Assembly: GCA_963793425.1 (NCBI GenBank)
Contig: CAWCAG010000009.1
Coordinates: forward strand, 96,001-160,000
Origin: an uncultured cyanobacterium
Lineage (GTDB): Bacteria > Cyanobacteriota > Cyanobacteriia > Cyanobacteriales > CAWCAG01
Direction of reading: 5' to 3'
Length of the DNA stretch: 64,000 nucleotides
Shown here one piece after another: positions 51,727-61,454 of the stretch. The notes beneath the pieces are model-generated. The model searched no databases. It was not told where the DNA came from and worked only from the letters and a program-made list of their open reading frames with translations. The translations under genes were made by a program, and so were the position numbers. Within the stretch, counting starts at the first letter, position 1, and the number at the start of each line of letters is the position of its first letter.

Positions 51727-52786
51727 TTAATTTTCAGAAACCTCTACCGTATCAACATCCACAGTCAAATTTTCTAGCTTCTCCCTAACTTCTGGGTTAA
51801 GGGATTCTTGAAACCTACCGCCAAGGTACTTAGCTAAAAACCTTTCCATGGCTGCTGCCACCGCTAAACTGTTGGTTTCTCCCGAAAAACCATGACCTTC
51901 ATCTGGGGCAAAAGATACTCCACATCCTGTCCTAAGTCTCGTAGGGCAACCACAATTTGGTCAAATTCTGCTTGCTTAACTCTAGGATCATTCGCCCCTT
52001 GAATTACCATTAAAGGAGCCTTTATTTCAGAAGCAGAGAACAAGGGAGATTGTTGTTTGAGGCGTTCTACTTGTTGAGGATCTCCGGGATCTCCTACTCG
52101 TCTTTTCATTTGGTTAAAGAAACTTTCCCAATAATTTGGTTAGGGGTGTTTTCTGGTACAGCGATGATCCGGGCTTGAACGTTTTCTTCTGGTGTTAAAT
52201 CTCTCACCCCAGATGCTGTTTCTGCTAAAGGAGAGGCTGCATAAATATGAAAGTTTTCATCTCCGCCACTATCTTGGACATAGAGAATATATTCACCATT
52301 CTGACTCCAAAAATAGCCGGGAATAGAACGTTGTGTCTCTTTGGTGACAGGGCGGGCAGAGGCAAAAGGTTCATCAATACCTTTAACCCAAATATTTCTG
52401 ACTCCATCAAGAGGTTTAAGGAAAGAAATATACTTACCATCAGGAGATAGCTGCGGTGCGGAAATTTCTGGGTTGCCAAAAAATAATTCCCGGTCTATTA
52501 ATGGAGGAAGTTGATTAGAAGTCGAAGAAGGGGATTTTCCCTCTATTTCATCAAGCTTTTGTCTGATCTGTTCTAACTTCCGTTGCAATCTTTCTATTTC
52601 CGTTTCTTGAGCAATTTCTTCATTGTTTTGCTGTTCAAATCGCTCAATTTCTCCCTCAAATTGTTCCCTACCTCGTTCAAAAAAATCTGGGCGATCTGGT
52701 CTAGCTTGGGCTGGAGTAACTAAGCTTAAGCTAGTTAAGCAAAATGTTATGGCTAAAAGAGTTTTCAGTTTCATCTTACTTTTCAA
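51727..52786 (-). pseudogene. S9-family (acylaminoacyl/dipeptidyl) peptidase pseudogene: internal deletion plus frameshift
   Basis: N-part LPPLIDRELFFGNPEI..QLSPDG; C-part in other frames [12 protein letters not shown] and APDEGHGF...VSEN*; no GxSxGG region between them. Confidence 0.85.
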
Positions 52787-52900
52787 CCGTTAGCTTAGGA
52801 AACACTAGTTAATAAACAAGAATCGATTCTAGCGTTTTTCTTTGCTGAACAACATAATTAGGGACACAATCTCAACTGGACTATGCCCCTAATGGTTATT

Positions 52901-53431
52901 TTAAGATAAATAACCAGATTCTTTCATCTTAGTAAGAACTTTATCAACACTCTCAGACAACTCTTCTAAGTCGGTACGGCATTCTACTTCAGGATTTTTT
53001 GGTGCTTCATAAGGGTCGTCAATACCCGTAAAACCCTTAATTTCCCCAGCCCTGGCTTTTTTGTAAAGCCCTTTAACATCGCGATCTTCGCAGACATTCA
53101 AGGGGGCATTGACAAAAACTTCAAGAAAATCACCAATTTTCTGCTTCACTTCTTGGCGAATCTCTCTATAGGGAGAAATAGCAGAGACTAAAACAATTAC
53201 TCCATTGCGGGTAAGTAGGTTTGAAACAAAGCCAATTCTACGGATGTTTTCATCTCGATCTTCTTTAGAAAAACCTAACCCTTTGGTTAAATTTTGACGG
53301 ACTATATCTCCGTCCAGTATCTCTAGTTTGCATCCCATAGAACGCAGTTTTTCGGCTAAGGCTTGAGTGATGGTGGTTTTACCTGCACCGCTTAAACCAG
53401 TAAACCATAATGTGACACCACGCTGATTCAT
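52901..53431 (-). CDS. cysC: Adenylyl-sulfate kinase
   Basis: WFTGLSGAGKTT, LDGDIVR, RDVKGLY, FTGIDDPYE. Confidence 0.97.
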   Translation of the reverse strand: MNQRGVTLWFTGLSGAGKTTITQALAEKLRSMGCKLEILDGDIVRQNLTKGLGFSKEDRDENIRRIGFVSNLLTRNGVIVLVSAISPYREIRQEVKQKIGDFLEVFVNAPLNVCEDRDVKGLYKKARAGEIKGFTGIDDPYEAPKNPEVECRTDLEELSESVDKVLTKMKESGYLS

Positions 53432-53661
53432 TTTTCTATTTCGTTCCCAAATATTAAATACTCGTCTTTGCAGTAAAACTGATCCTATATGAAAAGGTCA
53501 ATGGCTGATAGAGATTTTCTCACTATTGACTTAGATTAAGCCTGAATTGAATAATCTTCACAATATCTATAAAAACTCTTCATCGTAACTTTAAAAAATT
53601 TAACTTTAGCAATGATGTAATGAAAACAAGTAACAAGTTATAAGATAATCCAGGCATCAAT

Positions 53662-54459
53662 ATGGCAACTATTAAAAAAATCACCTCTATTCTGACAGGA
53701 ACCCTGATAGTTGCTTCGAGTATACTTGCAACTAATTCAGCTAGGGCAGATACAACAACTATCCTTAACTTTGATACCCAATTTGATGGCACTCCCATAA
53801 CCACAGGAGATGGTACAAAGGTTAATGAAACTCAGCTTTTCCAAGGTTATGGGGTTGAACTGGGGACAAATAATCCTAACAATAGACCTCTTGTCCTTTT
53901 TAATAGTAACTGCGGCCCAGATTTTGGTACTCAATGTACTGGCGGAGATCCAGATTTAGCATCTGGCCCTTCTTTTGGTAGCGAGGCTCAAGGTAATGTT
54001 TTAATTATTCAAGAGAGAAATAATTTAACGATTCCAGATGATGATGCTGATGGGGGTATTTTTGAATTTGATTTTACTGATAAAAGTGGTGTAACTTTCG
54101 ATAAAGTTGGCGTTCTTGATTTAGATGAAGGAGTTAACCCCATCTTCAAATTCTTTCAAGAAAAAGATGGAGTAGAAACAACTACTGTTTTTAATGTTGG
54201 TGATGTTGGTTTAGGAGTTACTCTTTTAAATCCTAGTAACCCCGGCGATAATTCCTTGAGAGAGTACGATTTTTCTGCCTTAACCTTGAGTAATGTTAAA
54301 CGCTTAGAAGTAGAATTAGATGATGTTAGTGGCGCGATCGCTTACCTGCAATATCAACGTTCTCAAGAAGTTCCTGAACCTACAACAATTTTAAGTTTGA
54401 TTGCCGTAGGTGGTTTAGGCCTTTTGACCAAGAAAAAGTCAATGATTAATAAAGCGTAA
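53662..54459 (+). CDS. PEP-CTERM sorting-domain surface protein
   Basis: Signal peptide; C-terminal VPEP, TM and KKK. Confidence 0.9.
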   Translation: MATIKKITSILTGTLIVASSILATNSARADTTTILNFDTQFDGTPITTGDGTKVNETQLFQGYGVELGTNNPNNRPLVLFNSNCGPDFGTQCTGGDPDLASGPSFGSEAQGNVLIIQERNNLTIPDDDADGGIFEFDFTDKSGVTFDKVGVLDLDEGVNPIFKFFQEKDGVETTTVFNVGDVGLGVTLLNPSNPGDNSLREYDFSALTLSNVKRLEVELDDVSGAIAYLQYQRSQEVPEPTTILSLIAVGGLGLLTKKKSMINKA

Positions 54460-54466
54460 TGACAAC

Positions 54467-54508
54467 GACAAGCCGAACAATTATCAATTATCAACTGTTC
54501 AGCTTGTC
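54467..54508. terminator. Hairpin between convergent genes
   Basis: GACAAGCCGAACA/TGTTCAGCTTGTC (one mismatch), with AATTATC heptamers in the loop. Confidence 0.6.
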
Positions 54509-54543
54509 TCCAACTTAACTAAAGAACAATAGCAATACTTAGC

Positions 54544-56136
54544 TTACTCATTTTCTTGAGATAAAGGACAGTTGAATACTTGGCTTTCTGATTGTTGATT
54601 ACCCCTTAAACGGCTTACGGCAACTTGAATTTCACTTAGCTTTTCTTGCAAACTACAATATTGAACTTGAGTCGTACGAAGTTCTCTTGCCGTAACTTCC
54701 TTTTTATTTTCTACTTCACTAAATTCAGTTTGAGAAGTTTCTAATCTCGTTTTCCAAGTGTTTACTTCTCCTTGTAAGGTAGTCAGTCGCAATTCTAAGT
54801 TTTGCTGATTAATACGGGAGATTTCTAGTTGCTGCTGGGAAGTACTAATCTCACTTTGGATTGCCGTTAAACTTTGTTCTAAGGTTGCTTTTTCCTCCTG
54901 GGAACTTTCAATCTCTGTACGGATAGCAACTAAGCGTCCCTCTGCTTGACTAACTTGTTGTTGAGAAGTAGAAATTTCTTCTTTAATAGCAACTAAACGT
55001 TGTTCTAAAGTTCTTCTTTCTTCACGAGAAGCTTCTAAAGTTTGTTCAGCAGTTGTAATCTCTGTACGTACAGTAAGTAGGCGTTGTTGTTCAGCGTTAA
55101 CTTCACTTTGGATGGCTATTAAACTTTGTTCTAAAGTTGTTTTTTCTTCCTGGGAACTTTCAATCTCTGTACGGATAGCAATTAAATTTTGTTCTGCTTC
55201 ATTAAATCGTAAGCGAGAACCTGTTAAACCTCTCCTGACTTCCGCTACTTCATTCTGAACAGAAATCAATTCTTGTTGATAAGTTTGTAATTCTGCTTGA
55301 GATTGGTAAGAGTTCTTAACCACAGTAAGTAAGCCAGCAGTTTCTAAATTATTGGGGGCTAGCTGTGCCGCTTTTTCCCAATAGGTAACGGCTTCTTGGT
55401 ACTTGTTTAACTGGTAATAACATAACCCCTTCATTTTCCAAGCTTCAGCAGAATTAGGATTAATTTCTAAGGCTTGATTAAAATCGGCGATCGCTTCTTC
55501 ATATTGGCTTAAATGGTAGAAACTGATACCGCGTTTCACCAATAAGGAGGCATTAGTAGTTCTTGAAGTTATTAATCGGTTATAAATAGCAATTGCCCCC
55601 TGGTAGTTTTGTAAATCTTCCACCATAACTTGGGCAATTTGATTGGGGATAAGAGTAGTAATCAGTTGTTTTTCTGATGGTGATTCTGGTTCTATTTCTA
55701 ATGCTTTTTCCCACACAGTAACAGCTTCTTCATAGCGTTGAAGTCTATGTAAAACTTGACCTTTATAAAAGAAAGCCAACAGATAATTAGGACGTATTTC
55801 TATGGCTTTGTCGTAGGAAGTTAAAGCTGCTTCGTACTGGTTGAGTTTATGTAGAGTTGCCCCTTGCCAATACCAAGCTAAAAAAGAATTAGGTTCAAGA
55901 TCAATAATTTTCTCAATGATAGGTAATAGTTCACTATATCGGCCCAAACCTGTCAATAAATTTGCTTGTTCCCACAGTTGGTTCAAATTGAGATTTTGGG
56001 CTGTTAAAATTTCAGTTGTTAGTACAACTGATTCTGTTTTTGATTCTTTAGCAAAAGAGGGGAATTGGGGACTGATGAAGGCAGTGGTTAATGCGGTTGC
56101 TGCTATGATTGCTATATTGTGGGAATATTTGAGCAT
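54544..56136 (-). CDS. Exported TPR-repeat protein with long C-terminal coiled coil
   Basis: Signal peptide, about six TPRs (YEAALTSYDKAIEIRP, YEEAIADFNQALEINP), then heptad-rich tail. Confidence 0.85.
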   Translation of the reverse strand: MLKYSHNIAIIAATALTTAFISPQFPSFAKESKTESVVLTTEILTAQNLNLNQLWEQANLLTGLGRYSELLPIIEKIIDLEPNSFLAWYWQGATLHKLNQYEAALTSYDKAIEIRPNYLLAFFYKGQVLHRLQRYEEAVTVWEKALEIEPESPSEKQLITTLIPNQIAQVMVEDLQNYQGAIAIYNRLITSRTTNASLLVKRGISFYHLSQYEEAIADFNQALEINPNSAEAWKMKGLCYYQLNKYQEAVTYWEKAAQLAPNNLETAGLLTVVKNSYQSQAELQTYQQELISVQNEVAEVRRGLTGSRLRFNEAEQNLIAIRTEIESSQEEKTTLEQSLIAIQSEVNAEQQRLLTVRTEITTAEQTLEASREERRTLEQRLVAIKEEISTSQQQVSQAEGRLVAIRTEIESSQEEKATLEQSLTAIQSEISTSQQQLEISRINQQNLELRLTTLQGEVNTWKTRLETSQTEFSEVENKKEVTARELRTTQVQYCSLQEKLSEIQVAVSRLRGNQQSESQVFNCPLSQENE

Positions 56137-56230
56137 TTTTATTGAGACAAAAGTTACTACAGGGATTAACTTTTGAGAGTATCATTCTTAGGCAACAAAG
56201 ACAAAAAGTCAAAAAAGCTTTTGTGATCGC

Positions 56231-57139
56231 TCATTTTAAAATATAATTTGGGCAAATTTCTCTGATTAATCGCCAAAAAAGATAACGAAAATGTAAGGGG
56301 TGAAAATAAATAGTTAAAGAAGACAGGCCCTCTCTTTTTCCTTTACGAAGATAAAATTTAGTTCCTTGAAAGAGATTTTGCCAATATCTACTCCAGGTTT
56401 TCTTTTGAATTCCTCCTAAATCTAAGCGAATATTATGGAGGTTATAGTTACTGCGATTTAAGGGATTAAGGTTCGTTAAACCTTGTTTTTGGGCAAACTC
56501 TTCGTAGGTTATACCTTTTCTTTCTTGAGGGCTAGTTTGGTCTGCAATCCATTCCCATGCTGCCCAAGTCTGCCCTGCAAAATGAAACTCAGGGACATCT
56601 TTTGTTACTTGATTGCTGGTCAAATAGATACCTGTGGGAATTTCTCCCCAAGGGCCATGATGCCAAATAAAATCAGGATCAAAAAAGGCTTTAAAAGCAA
56701 TTTCTTGGCTATCATTAATCCTAACATGAGCAACTCTACCTACCATTCCTTCCCCTGCTATTTCTACTGCTACTTTGAGAGAGCAAGAGAGATTTTGACT
56801 ACTCTTAAAATTATCTTCAATAACTCGCGTCACCCCTATTTTTCGCCCCTTAATTCTGATTTTAACCTTCTGTAAATAAAAAATGAGGCGTTTTTTGTTA
56901 AAATCAGGAGAACGCAAATAGCTGGCTAAGTAATCACAGAAAAGCAAAAAACCCTCTTCTTTGATTCCTGAATTGAGTTTCAGTAAACGAGAAGAGGGAG
57001 ATACAAAATAGAGCTTTTGCTTAGCTTCAATTTGCTTCTGGCAAAGGTAATAAAACTGATGAGGAGAAAGTAATTCTCCCTTAGCTTGGTCAATTATGGA
57101 TTCGAGGGACGGATTTTGAGGAGAATTATCAACTCCCAT
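56231..57139 (-). CDS. Hypothetical protein with protein-kinase-like motifs
   Basis: GEGMVG, IAFK, E166, LNRSN and DLG in kinase order. Confidence 0.6.
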   Translation of the reverse strand: MGVDNSPQNPSLESIIDQAKGELLSPHQFYYLCQKQIEAKQKLYFVSPSSRLLKLNSGIKEEGFLLFCDYLASYLRSPDFNKKRLIFYLQKVKIRIKGRKIGVTRVIEDNFKSSQNLSCSLKVAVEIAGEGMVGRVAHVRINDSQEIAFKAFFDPDFIWHHGPWGEIPTGIYLTSNQVTKDVPEFHFAGQTWAAWEWIADQTSPQERKGITYEEFAQKQGLTNLNPLNRSNYNLHNIRLDLGGIQKKTWSRYWQNLFQGTKFYLRKGKREGLSSLTIYFHPLHFRYLFWRLIREICPNYILK

Positions 57140-57214
57140 AGAAATAAATTAAAATAAGACTAATCAGGTCAAGAGATAGTTAAATCTTAAACCATAAGTA
57201 GCCCCATCTTCTAA

Positions 57215-57493
57215 TCACCTGATGCTAACAGGTTTGGTTAAGTTGGCACAATAGCTATCTGCAACAATTTGAGAACGTACCTGGATAGATTGTTTATCTG
57301 AAGATTTCGGTACAACTCTTTTACCTGGACGAATCATTACTTGCTTACAAACCACTTGTTCGCTACCAATTCTGCGAAAATCCCAAGTGTAGGTAGCTGG
57401 ATCGCTAACAGTCGCATTAACTGGGTTGTTTCTTAAAACGGTTACTAAAACTATTTCTAAACAAATTAAGGCTATTAGTATCTTTTTCCACAT
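57215..57493 (-). CDS. Small exported hypothetical protein
   Basis: Signal-peptide-like N-terminus; two Cys in the mature part. Confidence 0.65.
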   Translation of the reverse strand: MWKKILIALICLEIVLVTVLRNNPVNATVSDPATYTWDFRRIGSEQVVCKQVMIRPGKRVVPKSSDKQSIQVRSQIVADSYCANLTKPVSIR

Positions 57494-57719
57494 ATAATAT
57501 TGACCTCACCAATATTTTCTTGATGACTCTAGTTTTGAATTAAAAGCTCAATTAAACTTGCGCCAACGCTAGAAAACAGAGCAAAGTTAGATTTTCTCTA
57601 CAACCTAGCTTACCCAAAAAGCTTCAATAACTTAAACCTAATCTTATTTTTTTAGGCAATAATCTCTAAGATTGATAAAATTTATCTAGAACCTAAAACC
57701 ATAGAAGCAGTACAAGACG

Positions 57720-58655
57720 ATGCCAAATACACATATTCGCTTTGATTGGGCAATTAAGAAGCTACTGCGTAACAAGGCTAATTATGTAGTCTTGGAAGGG
57801 TTCTTAAGCGAATTATTACATCAAGAACTTACTATTAAAACCCTCCTCGAAAGTGAAGGCAATCAACAAACCCAAGAAGATAAAACTAATCGGGTAGATA
57901 TTCTCGCTGAAACTGGAGAAGGGGAATTAATTCTGGTGGAAGTGCAAAATAACTCTCAACTAGATTATTTTCACCGAATGCTTTACGGGGCTTCTCGGTT
58001 AGTGGTGGAATATTTAGAGAAAGGAAAAGAGTACGGCAAGATTCAGAAAATTTACTCCGTTAATATAGTTTACTTTAACCTTGGGGTTGGAGATGACTAT
58101 ATTTATCATCATCGTGGCAACTTTGTGGGAGTTAATCATGGAGATACTCTGCAACCTCTCAAAAGTCAGGAAGTAAAATTTCATATAGAAGCAGTAGCAG
58201 ATATTTTCCCTGAATATTACCTGTTGAAAGTTAATAACTTTGATGATGTCGCTAAGAATAGTTTGGATGAGTGGATTTACTTTCTTAAAAATAGCAATAT
58301 TAAAGAAGAATTTGCTGCTAAAGGAATGGTAGAAGCGAAAGAAACTCTGCGAGTAAACAATTTATCAGAACCAGAAAGGAGGGCATATTCCCGTTATATG
58401 GAGAACAAAAGTTATGAAGCGAGTATGTTGAGTACTCAGGAGTTTGAGACGCAATGGGAAATTGAAAAAGCAGAAATTAAAGGAAGAGAAGAGGGCATTC
58501 AGGAAGGTATTGAACAAGGAAAGCAAGAAGGCATTGAAGAAGGAAAACAAGAAGAAAAAATTGCCATTGCCCGTTCTTGTAAACAACAAGGTTTAGATGT
58601 AGAAACTATCATGAAAATAACCAAACTCTCCCCAGAAGAGATTGAATCTTTATAA
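57720..58655 (+). CDS. Rpn-family recombination-promoting nuclease / PD-(D/E)XK putative transposase
   Basis: [36 protein letters not shown]-terminal [14 protein letters not shown] repeats and IA...LSPEEIESL. Confidence 0.88.
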   Translation: MPNTHIRFDWAIKKLLRNKANYVVLEGFLSELLHQELTIKTLLESEGNQQTQEDKTNRVDILAETGEGELILVEVQNNSQLDYFHRMLYGASRLVVEYLEKGKEYGKIQKIYSVNIVYFNLGVGDDYIYHHRGNFVGVNHGDTLQPLKSQEVKFHIEAVADIFPEYYLLKVNNFDDVAKNSLDEWIYFLKNSNIKEEFAAKGMVEAKETLRVNNLSEPERRAYSRYMENKSYEASMLSTQEFETQWEIEKAEIKGREEGIQEGIEQGKQEGIEEGKQEEKIAIARSCKQQGLDVETIMKITKLSPEEIESL

Positions 58656-61277
58656 TTTCTCTCTTAACTGCTGCTTCGCTGCTGCTAAAGCTTCCGGTAA
58701 CTTACTAGCATCTCTTCCCCCTGCCTGGGCTAAATTAGGTTTGCCGCCGCCCCCGCCACCACAGATTTTGGCAATGCTGCCGATAAATTTCCCTGCTTGC
58801 AGTCCTTTTTGGTTAACCCCTTTGCTGAAGGCAGCAACTAAACTTACCTTACCTTCACTGGGAATAGAACCCAAAACCACTGCACTTTCCCCTAGCTTTT
58901 GTTGTAACCTTTCTGCTGCGGTTTTCAAGCTGTTGGGGTCAGCATTTTTAACCGTTGCAACTAAAATTTTAAACTCCCCAATAGATTGGGCTTCCCTTAA
59001 AATCTGGTCGGATTTAGCGATGGTAAGTTCTTGTTTTAAGGCTTCTACTTCCTTTTGAGATGCCTTTAATTCCGTTTGCAAAGTGGTGATGCGATCACCG
59101 ATTTCTTCCGGTTTTATTTTGAAGCGATCACTAAGATCCTTAACCACTTTGTCTCGCAAATTCAAATACGCCAATACTGCCGTACCCACCACAGCTTCAA
59201 TTCTCCTAACTCCAGAGGAAACACTCCCTTCTGAAGCAATTTTAAATAAACCAATTTCTGCTGTATTGTTAACATGAGTACCGCCGCAAAGTTCCATAGA
59301 TACGCCGGGGACATCCATCACCCTAACTTCATCGCCATACTTTTCTCCAAACATCGCGATCGCCCCTTTCGCTTTTGCTTCAGCAATGGGCATCACCTCC
59401 ATTTGTGTATCCTTCCCTTGGGCAATCCAAGTATTAATTTGTGCTTCGACTTGCTGCAACTCTTCTGGTGTTAAGGGACGAGAAAAGTTAAAATCAAAGC
59501 GTAAACGGTCAAAAGAAACTAAAGATCCAGCTTGGGAAATGCGGTCATCAACTAGCTTTTTTAAAGCGGCTTGTAACAAATGGGTAGCAGTATGATGTGC
59601 CTGTACTTGACGACGACAAGTACGGTCAATTTTAGCATTAATAGGCATTCCTAAACTTAGAGTTCCCCGTTCCACGCTTCCAAAGTGAATAAAGGTTTTC
59701 CCTTGCTTCTGCACATCTTCAATGCGAACTACTAAATTATCCCCGGTTAAGAAACCGCGATCACCAATTTGCCCTCCTGATTCGGCGTAGAAAGGGGTTT
59801 GATCAAGAACAATTTGGACTTTTTCCCCTGCTGTTGCCGCTTCAACTCGTTCTCCATCAACTAAAATGGTGGTAACTTGGCTGTTTGCCACGAATTCTGT
59901 ATAACCGACAAACTCCGTCGCCTCCCCCTCTACAAAGGAACCGTTACCCATCAAATCAATGGTTTCATGGGCCGAACGAGAACTATCTTTTTGTTCGGTC
60001 ATGGCTTTCTCAAATCCCTCTAAATCGATGCTAAAACCTTGTTCAGCAGCAATTTCTTGGGTCAACTCCAAGGGGAAACCGTGGGTATCATAAAGGGTAA
60101 AGGCATCTCCCCCAGAAATTTGCTTTTGGGCATTATTAGCTGTTTTGGCAATAATTTCTGCTAACAGCTTTTCCCCTGTAGCTAAGGTTTTGATGAACTT
60201 TGCTTCTTCTGTTTGTAATTCTGCGGTAATTAATTCCTCCCTTTCTCTTACCTGGGGATAAACTTTTTGAGAAAGGGCGATCGCTGTCTCAGCAATTTGG
60301 TTAATAAACTCCCCTTCAATGCCAATTAACCTACCGTGGCGAACCACACGACGAATCAAACGCCGCAAAATGTAACCTCGGCCAACATTGGCAGCGGTTA
60401 TGCCATCAGCAATCATATGTACCACCGCCCGGACATGATCACCAATTACTTTTAGGGATACTTTGGTTTTCTCATCTGCTTTGTGATAGTCAAGCCCCGC
60501 AATTTCAGCAGCAGATTTAATCAAGGGGAAAATCAGATCCGTTTCATAATTATTCGGTACACCTTGCAAAATCTGGGCCATTCTTTCCAAACCCAAACCT
60601 GTATCAATATTCTTTTTCGCTAAGGGGACTAATTTCCCCTCAGCATCACGGTTGTATTGCATAAACACCAGGTTATAAAATTCAATAAACCTGCTGTCAT
60701 CTTCCAAGTCAATTTCCTTGTCCCCTAATTCTGGATGAAAATCATAATAAATTTCTGAACAGGGACCACAAGGCCCTGTAGGGCCAGACTTCCAGAAGTT
60801 ATCCTCTGCTCCCATACGCTGAATACGATGTTCCGGGATGCCAATTTTATCTCGCCAAATAGCAAAAGCTTCCTCATCTTCGCTAAATACGCTAGGAATT
60901 AATCTTTCTGAGGGCAAAGCAAATACTTCAGTAGAAAGTTCCCAAGCCCATCTAATCGCTTGTTCTTTAAAATAATCCCCAAAACTAAAGTTACCCAACA
61001 TCTCAAAAAAGGTATGATGACGGGCAGTACGTCCTACGTTTTCAATATCATTAGTGCGGATACATTTTTGGGAAGTGGTAGCCCGTGAATATTCGGGGGT
61101 TTGCTGTCCTAAAAAGATCGGTTTAAACGGTAACATCCCCGCAATAGTTAAGAGGACAGTAGGATCTTCTGGCACTAAGGAAGCACTAGGCAAAATTTGA
61201 TGTTGCCTTTGCTGATAAAAATCCAAAAACTTTTTTCTAATCTCGTCACCATTAAGATAATTCATTTCATTTAACAT
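58650..61277 (-). CDS. alaS: Alanine--tRNA ligase (likely ATG start at 61265)
   Basis: [51 protein letters not shown]. Confidence 0.98.
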   Translation of the reverse strand: MLNEMNYLNGDEIRKKFLDFYQQRQHQILPSASLVPEDPTVLLTIAGMLPFKPIFLGQQTPEYSRATTSQKCIRTNDIENVGRTARHHTFFEMLGNFSFGDYFKEQAIRWAWELSTEVFALPSERLIPSVFSEDEEAFAIWRDKIGIPEHRIQRMGAEDNFWKSGPTGPCGPCSEIYYDFHPELGDKEIDLEDDSRFIEFYNLVFMQYNRDAEGKLVPLAKKNIDTGLGLERMAQILQGVPNNYETDLIFPLIKSAAEIAGLDYHKADEKTKVSLKVIGDHVRAVVHMIADGITAANVGRGYILRRLIRRVVRHGRLIGIEGEFINQIAETAIALSQKVYPQVREREELITAELQTEEAKFIKTLATGEKLLAEIIAKTANNAQKQISGGDAFTLYDTHGFPLELTQEIAAEQGFSIDLEGFEKAMTEQKDSSRSAHETIDLMGNGSFVEGEATEFVGYTEFVANSQVTTILVDGERVEAATAGEKVQIVLDQTPFYAESGGQIGDRGFLTGDNLVVRIEDVQKQGKTFIHFGSVERGTLSLGMPINAKIDRTCRRQVQAHHTATHLLQAALKKLVDDRISQAGSLVSFDRLRFDFNFSRPLTPEELQQVEAQINTWIAQGKDTQMEVMPIAEAKAKGAIAMFGEKYGDEVRVMDVPGVSMELCGGTHVNNTAEIGLFKIASEGSVSSGVRRIEAVVGTAVLAYLNLRDKVVKDLSDRFKIKPEEIGDRITTLQTELKASQKEVEALKQELTIAKSDQILREAQSIGEFKILVATVKNADPNSLKTAAERLQQKLGESAVVLGSIPSEGKVSLVAAFSKGVNQKGLQAGKFIGSIAKICGGGGGGKPNLAQAGGRDASKLPEALAAAKQQLREKL

Positions 61278-61454
61278 TTATCATTTAACATTTATCAGTA
61301 AGTTGGGCATTGCCAACCTTACAACATATATAATGTAGAGATTCTCATTTTACGGCAAAACCTCTCACCTTCAACACTTTTAAAATTGCTATAGATGCCA
61401 GAAATACTATTATTAATCATAAATGATAAATGTTTAATGTTTAATGATAAATGA
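61267..61454. repeat. Heptamer tandem repeats in opposite orientations flanking a divergent promoter, with a degenerate REP
   Basis: (T/A)CATTTA x4 at about 61267-61297; T(A/T)AATG(A/T) x5 at about 61420-61454; GTAAGTTGGGCATTGCCAACCTTAC at 61298-61322. Confidence 0.7.

Noticed and set aside
51634..51740. Minus-strand frame ...QEGRLLARWMRDKNHHLYCRWMKAE*, resembling the end of a small protein
   Set aside because: No credible start codon before an upstream in-frame stop; it may be a remnant, but I cannot support a call.
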